A stretch of 61,448 bases of DNA, the filler included, from Anaerolineae bacterium (GTDB lineage: Bacteria > Chloroflexota > Anaerolineae > Epilineales > Epilineaceae), in NCBI GenBank assembly GCA_029262755.1. It is 5 parts of 5 records of this genome, joined end to end, with 100 filler letters (N's around TTAATTAATTAA, not from the genome) between each part and the next. Parts side by side here need not be neighbours in the genome. Positions count along the whole stretch, not along the records: positions 18,843 to 33,930 come from JAJCYU010000137.1; positions 34,031 to 53,688 come from JAJCYU010000138.1; 3 more parts are not named here. One strand, given 5' to 3'. Made by a program: the position numbers and the translations under genes. The notes below the pieces were generated by a model that ran no database searches, was not told the origin of the DNA, and worked only from the letters and a program-made list of their open reading frames with translations. This document shows positions 28,596-38,417 of this stretch, piece by piece (the first letter of the stretch is position 1; each line of letters begins with the position of its first letter).

Positions 28596-31500
28596 ATGTC
28601 CGTTGCCCGTCGTCTGCTTCTGGTGGCCGTTCCGGCCATCTTCGGCCTGGCGCTGCTCGCGCCAAGCCTCGCGCCCCAGCTGTGGCCCGACGCCGCAGCA
28701 CCCGTCGGCGCCGCTGAGCTGTTGGCCGACCTGACCCAGCTGGACGCCAGCGCCAAGATCGAGAGCGAGCTGAAGGTACTCGATGCCTCGGATCCCACGG
28801 CGCCGCGCGTGCCGATCGTCGTCCAGTCGACCCTCCCGGTCGCGCTAGACGGCTTCGCCGGCTACGTCCACGCGTTCCGCTGGCCCGCCGGCGAGTACGT
28901 TGCGGTCCTGGAGGCCCGCCCCGCGGACCTCAAGGCGATCGCCGATCTGCCCGGTGTCTACGCCGTCGACTCCGGTGTCGTCGATCGCACACGGCAGCGG
29001 CCGCCCGAGCCGGGCTTCGAGCCGGTTGTATCGACGACCGATCCCGAAACGCTCCGTGCGTTGGCGCAAGCAGCGCCCGCATGGCGCCAGGCTCCGGCCG
29101 ATACAGCGGTCAACACGCTGGCCCAGGACGCGACGATCGATGCCGCTCGCCCCGCGGGCTGGTACGACGCGCGCGACGGCCACGCCGCGGCAGAGGCCTG
29201 GGAGATGGGCTATCGCGGCGAAGGCGTTACGGTCGGCGTGCTCGACAACGCCGTCGACTTTGCGCACCCGGACCTGCAGGGCACATGGCGTGTGCTGCCG
29301 GACGGTCATCCCTATGCGGGCTGGCCCCAGGCCTTCGATCCTCCCGCCGGCCTCGCGGCCACCCAGGACGCCGGCCGGGCGCCCGAGCTACGCAGCACGC
29401 GCACGGGTGCCAGCGGCCTGATCGAAGCCTACCAGACCGCCGAGGTCACCACGGGCGGCACCGTGACCGATCCGCTGACCGTTGCCTGCTTGCAGCCGCT
29501 CAACTTCTTCACCGGCCAAGGCAACATCCTGCAGGAAACGTGCGTCGAGCACGTCGTGCCGGAAACCTCGCAGGGCGGCACGGTGCGCTTCGGCCACCAC
29601 CCGGATGGGCTGCTGCGCTCGATGAGCGTCGACGGCACGCCGGAGTACGCGGGCGTTCTGTTGGTTGATGAGGGCGAATCGGGTGTCTATGACACAGTGT
29701 ACTTGGATATGGACGGCGATCGCGATTTCACCGACGAGAAGCCGCTCAACCAGGCGGACCCTGTCGCGTGGCGCGATGTGAACGGCGACGACATCGCCGA
29801 TCTATCCGGCGGTCTCTTGTACTGGATCGCGGACGGCCAGACGAGCTTCCCCGGCGCGTGGGTATGGGGCCTGGATGACCAATTGCCCGAGCAAGGTCAT
29901 ATGGTGGCCTTCCTGTATGCGGGCGGCGGTCACGGCACGCTCTGCGCGTCGAACGTGGTCGGTCAGGGCCGCCTAGGCGTGCCGGAAGGGCGCGACCTGC
30001 GCTTCCGCGACCTACCCGGCGACGGCCAGCCCGGATCGACCAACCTCGGCATGTCGCCTGAGGCCGGCATGGTCTCGATCGGCGACGTGTACGTCGGCGG
30101 CCGCGTGCTCTTCGCATCGGCTTGGCGCTACGCCGTTCTCGGCCATGACGTGGACCGCGACGATGATCAGATTCAGGTTACGTCCAACAGCTACGGCTGG
30201 TCGGACGTGGATATCGACGGCTGGGAGGACGACGCACGGCTGATCGACCATTACGTGCGCACGCACTCGCCGACCACGAGCATGGTCTTCTCCACCGGCA
30301 ACGGCGGACCGGGCTACGGCACGATCGCACCGCCCAGTCCGTCGGTCGGCATGGGCATCGCGGCGTCGACCCAGATGGGATCCACGGGTTTGGACTCCAT
30401 CACCGATACGACGCAGATCACCTACGGCGACTACATCCCGTTCAGCAACCGCGGTCCCGGTGCAGACGGCCGCGTCGGTCCGACGGTCGGCGCAAATGGC
30501 GCCTACGCGTCCGGCGCCAACCCGCTGAACCTGATCGGTGGGACAGACGGGCGCCTAGCTAACGCTACGTGGGGCGGCACGAGCCGCTCAGGCCCCGTCG
30601 CCAACGGTGTGCTCGCGCTGGCCTACCAGGCCTTCATGGAGAAGCACGAGCGCTGGCCGACCTACATGGAAGCGCGTTCCATTCTCATGGCCGGCGCCCG
30701 TTACAACGGCTACGACGTGTTCACGATGGGCGGCGGCGTTATCGACGCGGCCGACTCCGCGAGCATCGGCGCAGGACGGCACGGCGTATACGCCATGCCG
30801 CCGGAATGGACGGCGGGCGGCTATCGCGGCGAGCGCTTTGAGGCCTTCGCCAAGATCTTGACGCCCGGTCAAAGCGATATGGTAGAGGTGACCCTACACA
30901 ATCCCTCCGACGAGGACGTCGAGGTCAGCCTGAGCGCCATGACCTCACGCCGCATCGGAAGCCACGATACGAGCTTCGAGACGAACCAGCCGGACCTCAG
31001 CCCTTCGGGGCCGTCGCCCGACTACCTGCTGCCCATCGACGAGTCGATCGTTCCGGATGGCACGGAGATGATGATCGCGCGCGGCACGCACGCCTTCGAT
31101 CAATACGATCCGGACGGCAACTACACAGCGGACAACTTCTTCGTGGCCGGTGTTGTCCAGCACACGGATATCAACGGCAACGGCCTGCTGTGGACCGATG
31201 CCGACGGCAACGGCGCCGTCAACAGCAAGGCGATGGCGCCCAACTACGTGGCGGTGAGCTACGAGGGCAACGAGGATGAGTACGACGCGACCGAGGGCGC
31301 AATCACGCGGCAGCTTGTGCCCGGCGAGCCCCTCTCGGGCGAGCTGGCTTGGTACGGCCTGGCCTGCGGCACCGGCGAGGCACACCCGCCGCCCGCGCAG
31401 GACGTCAGCGAGCGCATCGCGCTGATCGAGCGCGGCACCTGCAACTTCTCGGAGAAGGTCCTCAACGCCCAGCAGGAAGGCGCCATCGGCGTCGTGGTCT

Positions 31501-33350
31501 TCACCGACGCGCGTCCAGTGGTCGCCATGGGCGGCGACGGCACGGGCATCGAGATTCCGGGCGTCATGATCGGCCGTCCGGACGGCCTCGCGATCCGAAC
31601 CGTGCTCGAAGAGGGCACCGCGGTCGATGCATCGATGGTGCGGCGCGACGGTGAGCTCAAGGGCCTCGACGGATCGGCGCCGCTTGTCTACGAGGAAAGC
31701 GAGATCGAGCGCTTCGAGTACATGCGGCTCAACTACGAGAACGGCGTGCGCAACCACTTCGCCGTGCCGGTGCATCATCCGCGTGAGCGTTGGGCGGACG
31801 GCCTGTACCTCGGCCTTTGGCACACCGGTCGCAGCCCGGCCATCACGAACACGCAGCTGACGCTGCGCTACGACTTTTATGCCTACGAGCCGTGGGACGT
31901 GGTCACACTCGGCTCCGACACGGTCACGGTGCCCGCCGGCGGTTCGGCTACGGTCGACGTGACGATGAGCATCCCGGACGACATGCCTGCCGGTGGCTAC
32001 CAGGGCGCGATCTTCGCCGACTACGACCGGGCGGAGGGTGACACCGTCGCCCCGAGCGCGGGCGGTTGGGAGCACCCGCAGCAGCGGATCGTGATTCCCG
32101 TCAACGCCAACGTTGCGGCCGAGTACGATTGGAAGGGTGCCATCACGATGGGCGGCGAAGCCGCAGACGATTCCGATGCGCACTACAACAACGGCGCGGT
32201 CCAAGGCACCTTCAAGTGGAACTGGCGTGCCGAGTCCGGCGATTGGCGCTTCTTCTTCGTCGACGCAAGCCAGCCGGAGCCGGACACCCACTGGATCATG
32301 CGCACCACGTGGGAGGATGAGGACGAAGGTCATTCCGACATCGACATGCGCTTCCTTGGTCCGAGCGTGGACCGCTGGAGCAGTGCGGACCACGCGGACA
32401 ACAAGGACGAGGATTGGAGCGATCCGGATTGGTTCGGACCGCACACCATGGCCTTGTTGGCGCGCAGCCCGTACCTGGCCGCCGGCAGCGTATGGCCCTT
32501 CGACACGAGCTCGGGCAAGCATGAGGACTGGCTAGCGGCACCGGCCGACGATGAGGGCCTGCACGAGATGATGTTGCACAACGTGCTCTTCAGCGGATCC
32601 CAACTGGAGATGCCCTTCGAGACGACGCTGAGCTCGGCCCGCCTGAGCGTCAACGGCGTCGGACTGCTGGGCGACAACTGTGTTGAGGTCAGCCTGAATT
32701 CCGAGATGGACCTACCGGGCTTCACGGCCTCGGGCCTTGGCCTCAGCGATCCGCCGCAGGTGCTCACCGATCAGCCCGTGGTGCAGGACGATCCCAACGA
32801 CCGCACGTCTTCGAGCTACCGCTACACGATCACGCTCGGCGTCGAGACACCCTTCTTCACCGTCAAGTTGGCGGGCGAGGATGACGACGATCTGGATCTC
32901 GTGCTGCTCTATGACGCGAACCAGGACGGCGTGTTCGACTACGCCACCGAGCTCGTCGGCGAGAGCGCCGGAGCCACGAGTGCGGAGCAGATCGAGGTTC
33001 CGGGCGTGGCGGCGGCCGGCATGTACCAGGTCTGGGTACACGGCTGGGCGGTCACAGGCGACGACAGCAAGTTTGACCTGACCGTGGACATCGTCAGCGG
33101 AGACACGCTATCCGTAGACGGCGCGCCCGCCGAGGTCACCGCCGGTTCTCCGGCGACCTTCGAGGTCTGCGCTGATCTCGACGAGCTCGACGCGGACGCT
33201 GAAGGCCCGCTCTACGGCGTGATCCAGGCCGGCCCCTCCGGTGCGCCGGACCTGTTCTCGTTGCCCGTTTCTTGGGTGCGAACCGGTCCGACCATCTATC
33301 TACCGATGGTCGCGCGTGACGCGACGATCCGGGCCGAAGATATGCCGTAG
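28596..33350 (+). CDS. Secreted S8 (subtilase) serine peptidase with PA and PPC-like domains
   Basis: Catalytic triad VGVLDNAVD / GHGTLCAS / GGTSRSGP; PA domain ALIERGTCNFSEKVLNAQ; GGAGG RBS; C-terminal TIYLPMVAR. Confidence 0.9.
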   Translation: MSVARRLLLVAVPAIFGLALLAPSLAPQLWPDAAAPVGAAELLADLTQLDASAKIESELKVLDASDPTAPRVPIVVQSTLPVALDGFAGYVHAFRWPAGEYVAVLEARPADLKAIADLPGVYAVDSGVVDRTRQRPPEPGFEPVVSTTDPETLRALAQAAPAWRQAPADTAVNTLAQDATIDAARPAGWYDARDGHAAAEAWEMGYRGEGVTVGVLDNAVDFAHPDLQGTWRVLPDGHPYAGWPQAFDPPAGLAATQDAGRAPELRSTRTGASGLIEAYQTAEVTTGGTVTDPLTVACLQPLNFFTGQGNILQETCVEHVVPETSQGGTVRFGHHPDGLLRSMSVDGTPEYAGVLLVDEGESGVYDTVYLDMDGDRDFTDEKPLNQADPVAWRDVNGDDIADLSGGLLYWIADGQTSFPGAWVWGLDDQLPEQGHMVAFLYAGGGHGTLCASNVVGQGRLGVPEGRDLRFRDLPGDGQPGSTNLGMSPEAGMVSIGDVYVGGRVLFASAWRYAVLGHDVDRDDDQIQVTSNSYGWSDVDIDGWEDDARLIDHYVRTHSPTTSMVFSTGNGGPGYGTIAPPSPSVGMGIAASTQMGSTGLDSITDTTQITYGDYIPFSNRGPGADGRVGPTVGANGAYASGANPLNLIGGTDGRLANATWGGTSRSGPVANGVLALAYQAFMEKHERWPTYMEARSILMAGARYNGYDVFTMGGGVIDAADSASIGAGRHGVYAMPPEWTAGGYRGERFEAFAKILTPGQSDMVEVTLHNPSDEDVEVSLSAMTSRRIGSHDTSFETNQPDLSPSGPSPDYLLPIDESIVPDGTEMMIARGTHAFDQYDPDGNYTADNFFVAGVVQHTDINGNGLLWTDADGNGAVNSKAMAPNYVAVSYEGNEDEYDATEGAITRQLVPGEPLSGELAWYGLACGTGEAHPPPAQDVSERIALIERGTCNFSEKVLNAQQEGAIGVVVFTDARPVVAMGGDGTGIEIPGVMIGRPDGLAIRTVLEEGTAVDASMVRRDGELKGLDGSAPLVYEESEIERFEYMRLNYENGVRNHFAVPVHHPRERWADGLYLGLWHTGRSPAITNTQLTLRYDFYAYEPWDVVTLGSDTVTVPAGGSATVDVTMSIPDDMPAGGYQGAIFADYDRAEGDTVAPSAGGWEHPQQRIVIPVNANVAAEYDWKGAITMGGEAADDSDAHYNNGAVQGTFKWNWRAESGDWRFFFVDASQPEPDTHWIMRTTWEDEDEGHSDIDMRFLGPSVDRWSSADHADNKDEDWSDPDWFGPHTMALLARSPYLAAGSVWPFDTSSGKHEDWLAAPADDEGLHEMMLHNVLFSGSQLEMPFETTLSSARLSVNGVGLLGDNCVEVSLNSEMDLPGFTASGLGLSDPPQVLTDQPVVQDDPNDRTSSSYRYTITLGVETPFFTVKLAGEDDDDLDLVLLYDANQDGVFDYATELVGESAGATSAEQIEVPGVAAAGMYQVWVHGWAVTGDDSKFDLTVDIVSGDTLSVDGAPAEVTAGSPATFEVCADLDELDADAEGPLYGVIQAGPSGAPDLFSLPVSWVRTGPTIYLPMVARDATIRAEDMP

Positions 33351-33372
33351 CGTCTTACACGGTTTGGAGATT

Positions 33373-33413
33373 CGGGGGAGGGGCGCGCTGCGTCCCTCCC
33401 CCGTTTCGTTGTT
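33373..33413 (+). terminator. Rho-independent terminator
   Basis: CGGGGGAGGGGCGC-gct-GCGTCCCTCCCCCG followed by TTTCGTTGTT. Confidence 0.75.
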
Positions 33414-33475
33414 CTTGCCTCGGTCCCGGCGCCGATCCTTGCCCGGGCTAGACCCCCCCGTTATCATCGCGACCC

Positions 33476-33930
33476 ATGCCCGTTCTAACCAGCCACATCC
33501 AAATCGAGAGTCCGGAGTTCCGCGCGAACGTCGCCTATCACAAGGCGCTGTCCGAGAACCTGCGCGCGGACCAACGCCGGGTGGCAGAGCTGCGCAGCGA
33601 GAAGTCGCTGACGCTCAACCGCGAACGCGGCAAGCTGTCCGTGCGACAGCGCGTCGAGGCCGTACTCGATCCCGACACGCCCTTCCTCGAACTCTCACCG
33701 CTCGCCGCTTGGGGTGTCTACGACGACGCGTCGCCCGGCGCCGGCATCGTGACGGGCATCGGGCGGGTGCATGGCCGGGAATGTGTCGTCGTGGCCAACG
33801 ATCCGACGGTCAAGGGCGGCACCTACTACCCGCTAACGGTGAAGAAGCATCTACGCGCCCAAACGGTCGCGTTGGAAAACCGACTACCTTGCATCTACCT
33901 CGTGGATTCCGGCGGCGCCTTCCTGCCCCT
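33476..33930 (+). CDS. Methylcrotonyl-CoA carboxylase beta subunit (partial, contig end)
   Basis: [52 protein letters not shown]. Confidence 0.9.
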
Positions 33931-34030
33931 NNNNNNNNNNNNNNNNNNNNNNNNNNNNNNNNNNNNNNNNNNNNTTAATTAATTAANNNNNNNNNNNNNN
34001 NNNNNNNNNNNNNNNNNNNNNNNNNNNNNN
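33931..34030. other. Artificial contig spacer
   Basis: N-run, TTAATTAATTAA, N-run. Confidence 0.98.
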
Positions 34031-34031
34031 T

Positions 34032-35090
34032 GTTAGTTGTCCGGATTGTGATGAACAACTATCCGAACAGTTCGATGATGATTTCGTCGAGTGTCTCGGT
34101 TGCGGTCGCACTATCTCTGTCGTGCTCGGAATCCCCGACCTTCGTCGCACAGATCCGCCGTACAGCAGCCGCGAGGAGGATCTGGCGCGGGCGCGCGCCA
34201 TCGCTGAGCAATTTGATGCGGTGGATTTCGCGGGGTTGGTTCGATTCACGTATCGCGAACTGCATCCGGAACTCGGCTCGGACGAGCGGGAGGAGTACGC
34301 ATCACAGCGCTTGTTGCGACGAGACATCAATGCTACGCGTTGGGCGACCGTGCAGCGATTCATGGCAGACCTTGGGTGTTCGCCTCAGCGGGCGCGCGCG
34401 TTGGACGTCGGGTGTGGAACTGGCGGCTTTTGTGTAGAACTCGCGCAGGAGTTTGGTGCGGTGATCGGCGTTGATATCGCGATGGATGAACTGGTTCTGG
34501 CTCGGAAACAACTGGATGAGCTGGGTATCACGAACGTCGCGCTGTTATGTGCTGAGGCTGAGACAGTGCCGGTGGAAGACGGCAGCATCCAGTTAATCTC
34601 TGCGACGGACGTGGTAGAGCATCTGGCGGATCAACGGAAGGGACTGCGTCGAATGAGAGAGTTGCTGAGTGAGGATGGGGTGCTCTCCTTCAACTCGCCG
34701 AATCGCTTGGACCTGATCTACCCTGAGCCCCACGTCGGTATTCGATGGGTTGGGTTGTGGCCGCGCCTGCTGCAGCCATGGATCGTTAGGCGGTTATCCG
34801 GAAAGGCTTACGTCGGGAAGCGACTGTTGTCGTTGAGGGAGCTTCAAGGGATGTTGAGCGTGGCTTGTCCGGATGCTGCTTGGAGCGTGTACTACTGGCC
34901 ACGCTGGAATGCGACGGGCGAACCACGGACGTTACTCGGGAAGATCGTGCTGTCCGTTCCGGTGCTATCTCGAGCGTTGAGTCGTGCCTGGGCGCCGTTC
35001 GTGAGCAATCACGAGGTCATGGTTGCCCCAAGTGGGACTATGAGCGGGCGGAGTCGAGTCAGGCCGGTCCCGTTGGAGACGCGAGCGTGA
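34032..35090 (+). CDS. Class I SAM methyltransferase with N-terminal Trm112-like zinc ribbon (5' partial)
   Basis: Frame is open from the contig start: CPDC..CLGC..GIPDL; LDVGCGTG; DVVEHL. Confidence 0.85.
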   Translation, partial: VSCPDCDEQLSEQFDDDFVECLGCGRTISVVLGIPDLRRTDPPYSSREEDLARARAIAEQFDAVDFAGLVRFTYRELHPELGSDEREEYASQRLLRRDINATRWATVQRFMADLGCSPQRARALDVGCGTGGFCVELAQEFGAVIGVDIAMDELVLARKQLDELGITNVALLCAEAETVPVEDGSIQLISATDVVEHLADQRKGLRRMRELLSEDGVLSFNSPNRLDLIYPEPHVGIRWVGLWPRLLQPWIVRRLSGKAYVGKRLLSLRELQGMLSVACPDAAWSVYYWPRWNATGEPRTLLGKIVLSVPVLSRALSRAWAPFVSNHEVMVAPSGTMSGRSRVRPVPLETRA

Positions 35091-36085
35091 GCGATCCGCT
35101 GGGGCATGGAGGTCAGCCCAGTGTTGCCGTTGTCGTGCCCGTGTTCAACGGCGAGCGCACGGTAGCCGCTTGCCTTTCTTCCCTTATGCGGCAATCCGGT
35201 CCCTTTCACGGACCAAACATCATCGTCGTTGACAATAACTCGACAGACCGGACCCGCGAAATCGTGCAGTCGTTTCCCGTGACGCTCGCTACGGAGCCGG
35301 TGCAGACATCGTATGCAGCACGCAACCGCGGGCTGTCGGTGGCGACCTCTGACATCGTCGCGTTCACGGATGCAGACTGTGTTTCGCAAGCGGACTGGCT
35401 TGCTACGCTGGTCGCCTGTTTTGAGGATCCTGAAGTCGGTGCCGTCGCCGGCGTAGTCGTTTCGCAAGAAGAGCCGACTACTATCGTGGAACGCTTCTTC
35501 TTGGACATGAGCCCATTTGCGAACCTTCCTGAAGATGGCGCTCCCCCGAGAAGTTTGCTCACGGGCAACGTAGCCTATAGACGAACGGCTATCCTTGCGC
35601 TCGGAGGCTTCGACGAGGCGCTCTTTACCGGAGGTGACGTCGACATGGGCTGGCGAATTCGCTTGCAGGGGCGATGGCGCATCGCCCACGCCCCGGATGC
35701 GATTGTGCATCACACGTACCGCACGACGGTGCGCGGCCTATTCCGACAGTACAAGCGCTACGGCTATTCCGAAGTGCTATTGGATACCCTGTATCGGAGC
35801 GTTCCAGACTTTGGTCGGACCGCTGCCGAACAAGCGGCACGCATGATGAATCAAGTGCGCGCGTTGATGGTGTATGCCTTATCGGCCTGTTGGCGCCCCC
35901 TGGCGCTACTGTTGGGCGTTCACCGAAGCGTGGACCGGACCTGTCACATGCTTCGCCCCGTGTTGCTGATCGTCGCGGATGGCGGCTCGTTGGTAGGCAA
36001 GCTTCACGCCCTATGGGACACGCGTTTCATGCATCGAAATCCGTTCCCGTCCCGCGAAGCGATTCGACGCGAGTATGCCGGGTGA
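35087..36085 (+). CDS. Glycosyltransferase family 2
   Basis: VVVPVFNG, VVDNNSTD, FTDADC, GGFDE; GTGA overlap with the upstream gene. Confidence 0.9.
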   Translation: MSDPLGHGGQPSVAVVVPVFNGERTVAACLSSLMRQSGPFHGPNIIVVDNNSTDRTREIVQSFPVTLATEPVQTSYAARNRGLSVATSDIVAFTDADCVSQADWLATLVACFEDPEVGAVAGVVVSQEEPTTIVERFFLDMSPFANLPEDGAPPRSLLTGNVAYRRTAILALGGFDEALFTGGDVDMGWRIRLQGRWRIAHAPDAIVHHTYRTTVRGLFRQYKRYGYSEVLLDTLYRSVPDFGRTAAEQAARMMNQVRALMVYALSACWRPLALLLGVHRSVDRTCHMLRPVLLIVADGGSLVGKLHALWDTRFMHRNPFPSREAIRREYAG

Positions 36086-36123
36086 GCGAATCGAATACGA
36101 GCAAGGATCTCTAGCGATTTCCC

Positions 36124-37323
36124 ATGCGTATCGCACTTCTCCACAACCTCCCCTCCGGCGGCGCCATGCGCACGCTTCAGCAGCAAGTGCGTCGGCTGGT
36201 GGGACCGCACGAGGTCGATGGCTACACCCTATCGAGCGCGGACCTCGAATTTCTGGATCATCGATCCGATATCCAGGCCTGGCATCACGAGCCCTACCAG
36301 CCCCTTCCGTTGGCCACATCGCCGTTTGGCAGAGCCAACGCTTGGATCAGGGTGCTCGACGTGGAGCGACGTCGGCGTGCGTGGCTACGGCTTGCGCGCC
36401 TCGTCGAGATGGGATCGTACGATGCAGCCTTCGTGCACCCGTGCCAGTACGGCAACGCGCCGCCCATCTCGGGCATGCTGCAGATCCCGGTTCTGCTCTA
36501 TCTCCAGGAGACACTGCGCACCGTCTACGATCCGCCGGTGGCATCGAAGTCCAAACGCTCGACAGTGCGCCATGTGTTGGATTTCGTCGACCCGGGACCG
36601 AACCTGCAGCGACGAGCCATGCGGGAAGCCGATCGGGCGGGAGTCCTTGCAGCGGATCGGGTGCTCGTCAACAGCCGGCACGTACGGCGTGAGGCGCAAC
36701 GTGTCTACGGAATCGACGCCCAGGTCAGCTACCACGGTGTGGATGCGGAAATTTTTCGACCGGGTGCGGGTGAGCGAGAGGGCTTCGTGCTGTCCGTTGG
36801 CGCGCTTCGGGAAGAGAAGGGATTCCATTTTCTGGTCGATTGCCTGGGCCGAATCGCGCCGCAGCAGCGACCGGAGCTGGTCGTTGTTTCCAACGCCGTC
36901 GATCCTCGCGCCGCGAAGAGCTTGGAGCTCCTCGCCGCGCAACGAGGAGTCGGGTTGACGCTTGAGAGGCGCATCGACGACCGGCGCCTGATTTCGTACT
37001 ATCAGCGCGCAGCGTTGGTGGCCTATGCGCCCTATCACGAGCCGTTTGGCCTTGTTCCACTTGAAGCAATGGCTTGCGAGACGCCGGTGGTCGGCGTGCG
37101 CGAAGGCGGGGTGATCGAGACCGTGGTCGATGGCGAGACAGGCTGGTTGGTGGATCGGGATGCCAATGCCTTCGCTGTAGCGATTCAGGAAGCACTTGCC
37201 GGCTCCGCGACGCGGCGCGAACGGGGTCGCGCCGGACGCGCACACGTCCTTCGGTCATGGTCGTGGGACCGGGCGATGGAGGTCCTAGAGGGCCATTTAC
37301 TCGCGGTGGCGGGCCGGTCTTGA
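36124..37323 (+). CDS. Glycosyltransferase family 4
   Basis: EPFGLVPLEAMACETPVV, EKG, DGETGWL. Confidence 0.92.
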   Translation: MRIALLHNLPSGGAMRTLQQQVRRLVGPHEVDGYTLSSADLEFLDHRSDIQAWHHEPYQPLPLATSPFGRANAWIRVLDVERRRRAWLRLARLVEMGSYDAAFVHPCQYGNAPPISGMLQIPVLLYLQETLRTVYDPPVASKSKRSTVRHVLDFVDPGPNLQRRAMREADRAGVLAADRVLVNSRHVRREAQRVYGIDAQVSYHGVDAEIFRPGAGEREGFVLSVGALREEKGFHFLVDCLGRIAPQQRPELVVVSNAVDPRAAKSLELLAAQRGVGLTLERRIDDRRLISYYQRAALVAYAPYHEPFGLVPLEAMACETPVVGVREGGVIETVVDGETGWLVDRDANAFAVAIQEALAGSATRRERGRAGRAHVLRSWSWDRAMEVLEGHLLAVAGRS

Positions 37324-38417
37324 AGGCGTCTGCGGCCGATCGAAGCGCTGAATCGGAGACTGCCGGAGACGTTCAGAGAGTTTCGAGCGGTGATGGTGCC
37401 GAGGTGGAAACTCCATTGTCCACGGCCAGCGAGGGCGGCCCGGCGGTCAATATCAGCATTCCCCTCCATGTCGTCGATGCCCCTCGACCAACCGCCGCGA
37501 ACGATGCCGCCACCGTTGGGGTGGCCGTGATCGTTCTTCATTGGCGGCGCCTGGACGAGACACTAGAGTGCTTGGAGTCCGTCGCAGCCTTGCGGCCAGG
37601 ACCTAGCGCGACCTATGTTGTTGTGGCAGAAGCCGATGGTCAGGTCGTCGATGCGCTCGCGGAGCGCTTTCCGGAGGTCATCACACTCTCGATCGCAGGC
37701 AATCCTGGATACGCGGCCGGCAACAACCATGGAATCCAGCGCGCGATTGCGGATGGCGCTGAGTGGCTGTGGCTTCTCAACGATGACACGCGAGTGGCTT
37801 CGGATTGCCTGGGCCATTTGATGAACGCGCACCGAGGAACGCGAGCGGCGGCTCTCGGTCCCATGGTAGTGCAGCGCGAATACCCGGCCCGCGTCTTGAC
37901 CAATGGCGGCCAGGTCGACGCGCAAGGGCGCGCGACCCTCATCGGCCTTGATCAACGCGCGTCGGATATGGAGTTAGAGCCAATTCAGGTGGATTTCGTT
38001 TCAGGCTGTGCGCTATTGCTAGGCGCACACGCGATTCGCGACATCGGTGCTATCGACGAGGAATACTTTCTGTACTACGAAGAGGTAGATTGGTGCGCTC
38101 GTGCTCGACAGCGAGGATACGATGTCCTCGTCGTTCCGACCGCACGTGCGTCACATCCGGACACCCGGACCCGCGATGCGGAGCGCCCACACGTGACCTA
38201 CTACACGGCCCGCAACCAACTGCGCTTCCTCGCGCGCGCGGGCTTTGGTAAAGCGGCACGGTGGCGGGCCCGTTTGCGACACGCGCGGACCCTACTGAGC
38301 TGGACGATTCGCCCAAAGTGGCGACATAAGGCTGCTCATCGCGATGCGTTGCTGCGGGCACTGTGGCATGAATTCCGCGGTCGAACCGGAGCTCTTCATT
38401 CGGCGGGCAGCCAATGA
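37320..38417 (+). CDS. Glycosyltransferase family 2
   Basis: NPGYAAGNN, LLNDD, FVSGCALL, YFLYYEEVDWC; start uncertain. Confidence 0.88.
   Translation: MKASAADRSAESETAGDVQRVSSGDGAEVETPLSTASEGGPAVNISIPLHVVDAPRPTAANDAATVGVAVIVLHWRRLDETLECLESVAALRPGPSATYVVVAEADGQVVDALAERFPEVITLSIAGNPGYAAGNNHGIQRAIADGAEWLWLLNDDTRVASDCLGHLMNAHRGTRAAALGPMVVQREYPARVLTNGGQVDAQGRATLIGLDQRASDMELEPIQVDFVSGCALLLGAHAIRDIGAIDEEYFLYYEEVDWCARARQRGYDVLVVPTARASHPDTRTRDAERPHVTYYTARNQLRFLARAGFGKAARWRARLRHARTLLSWTIRPKWRHKAAHRDALLRALWHEFRGRTGALHSAGSQ

Noticed and set aside
28596..33350. S8 protease as the dedicated maturase of the Tyr-rich precursor
   Set aside because: It is more than 8 kb away across housekeeping genes on the opposite strand, with no evidence of linkage.
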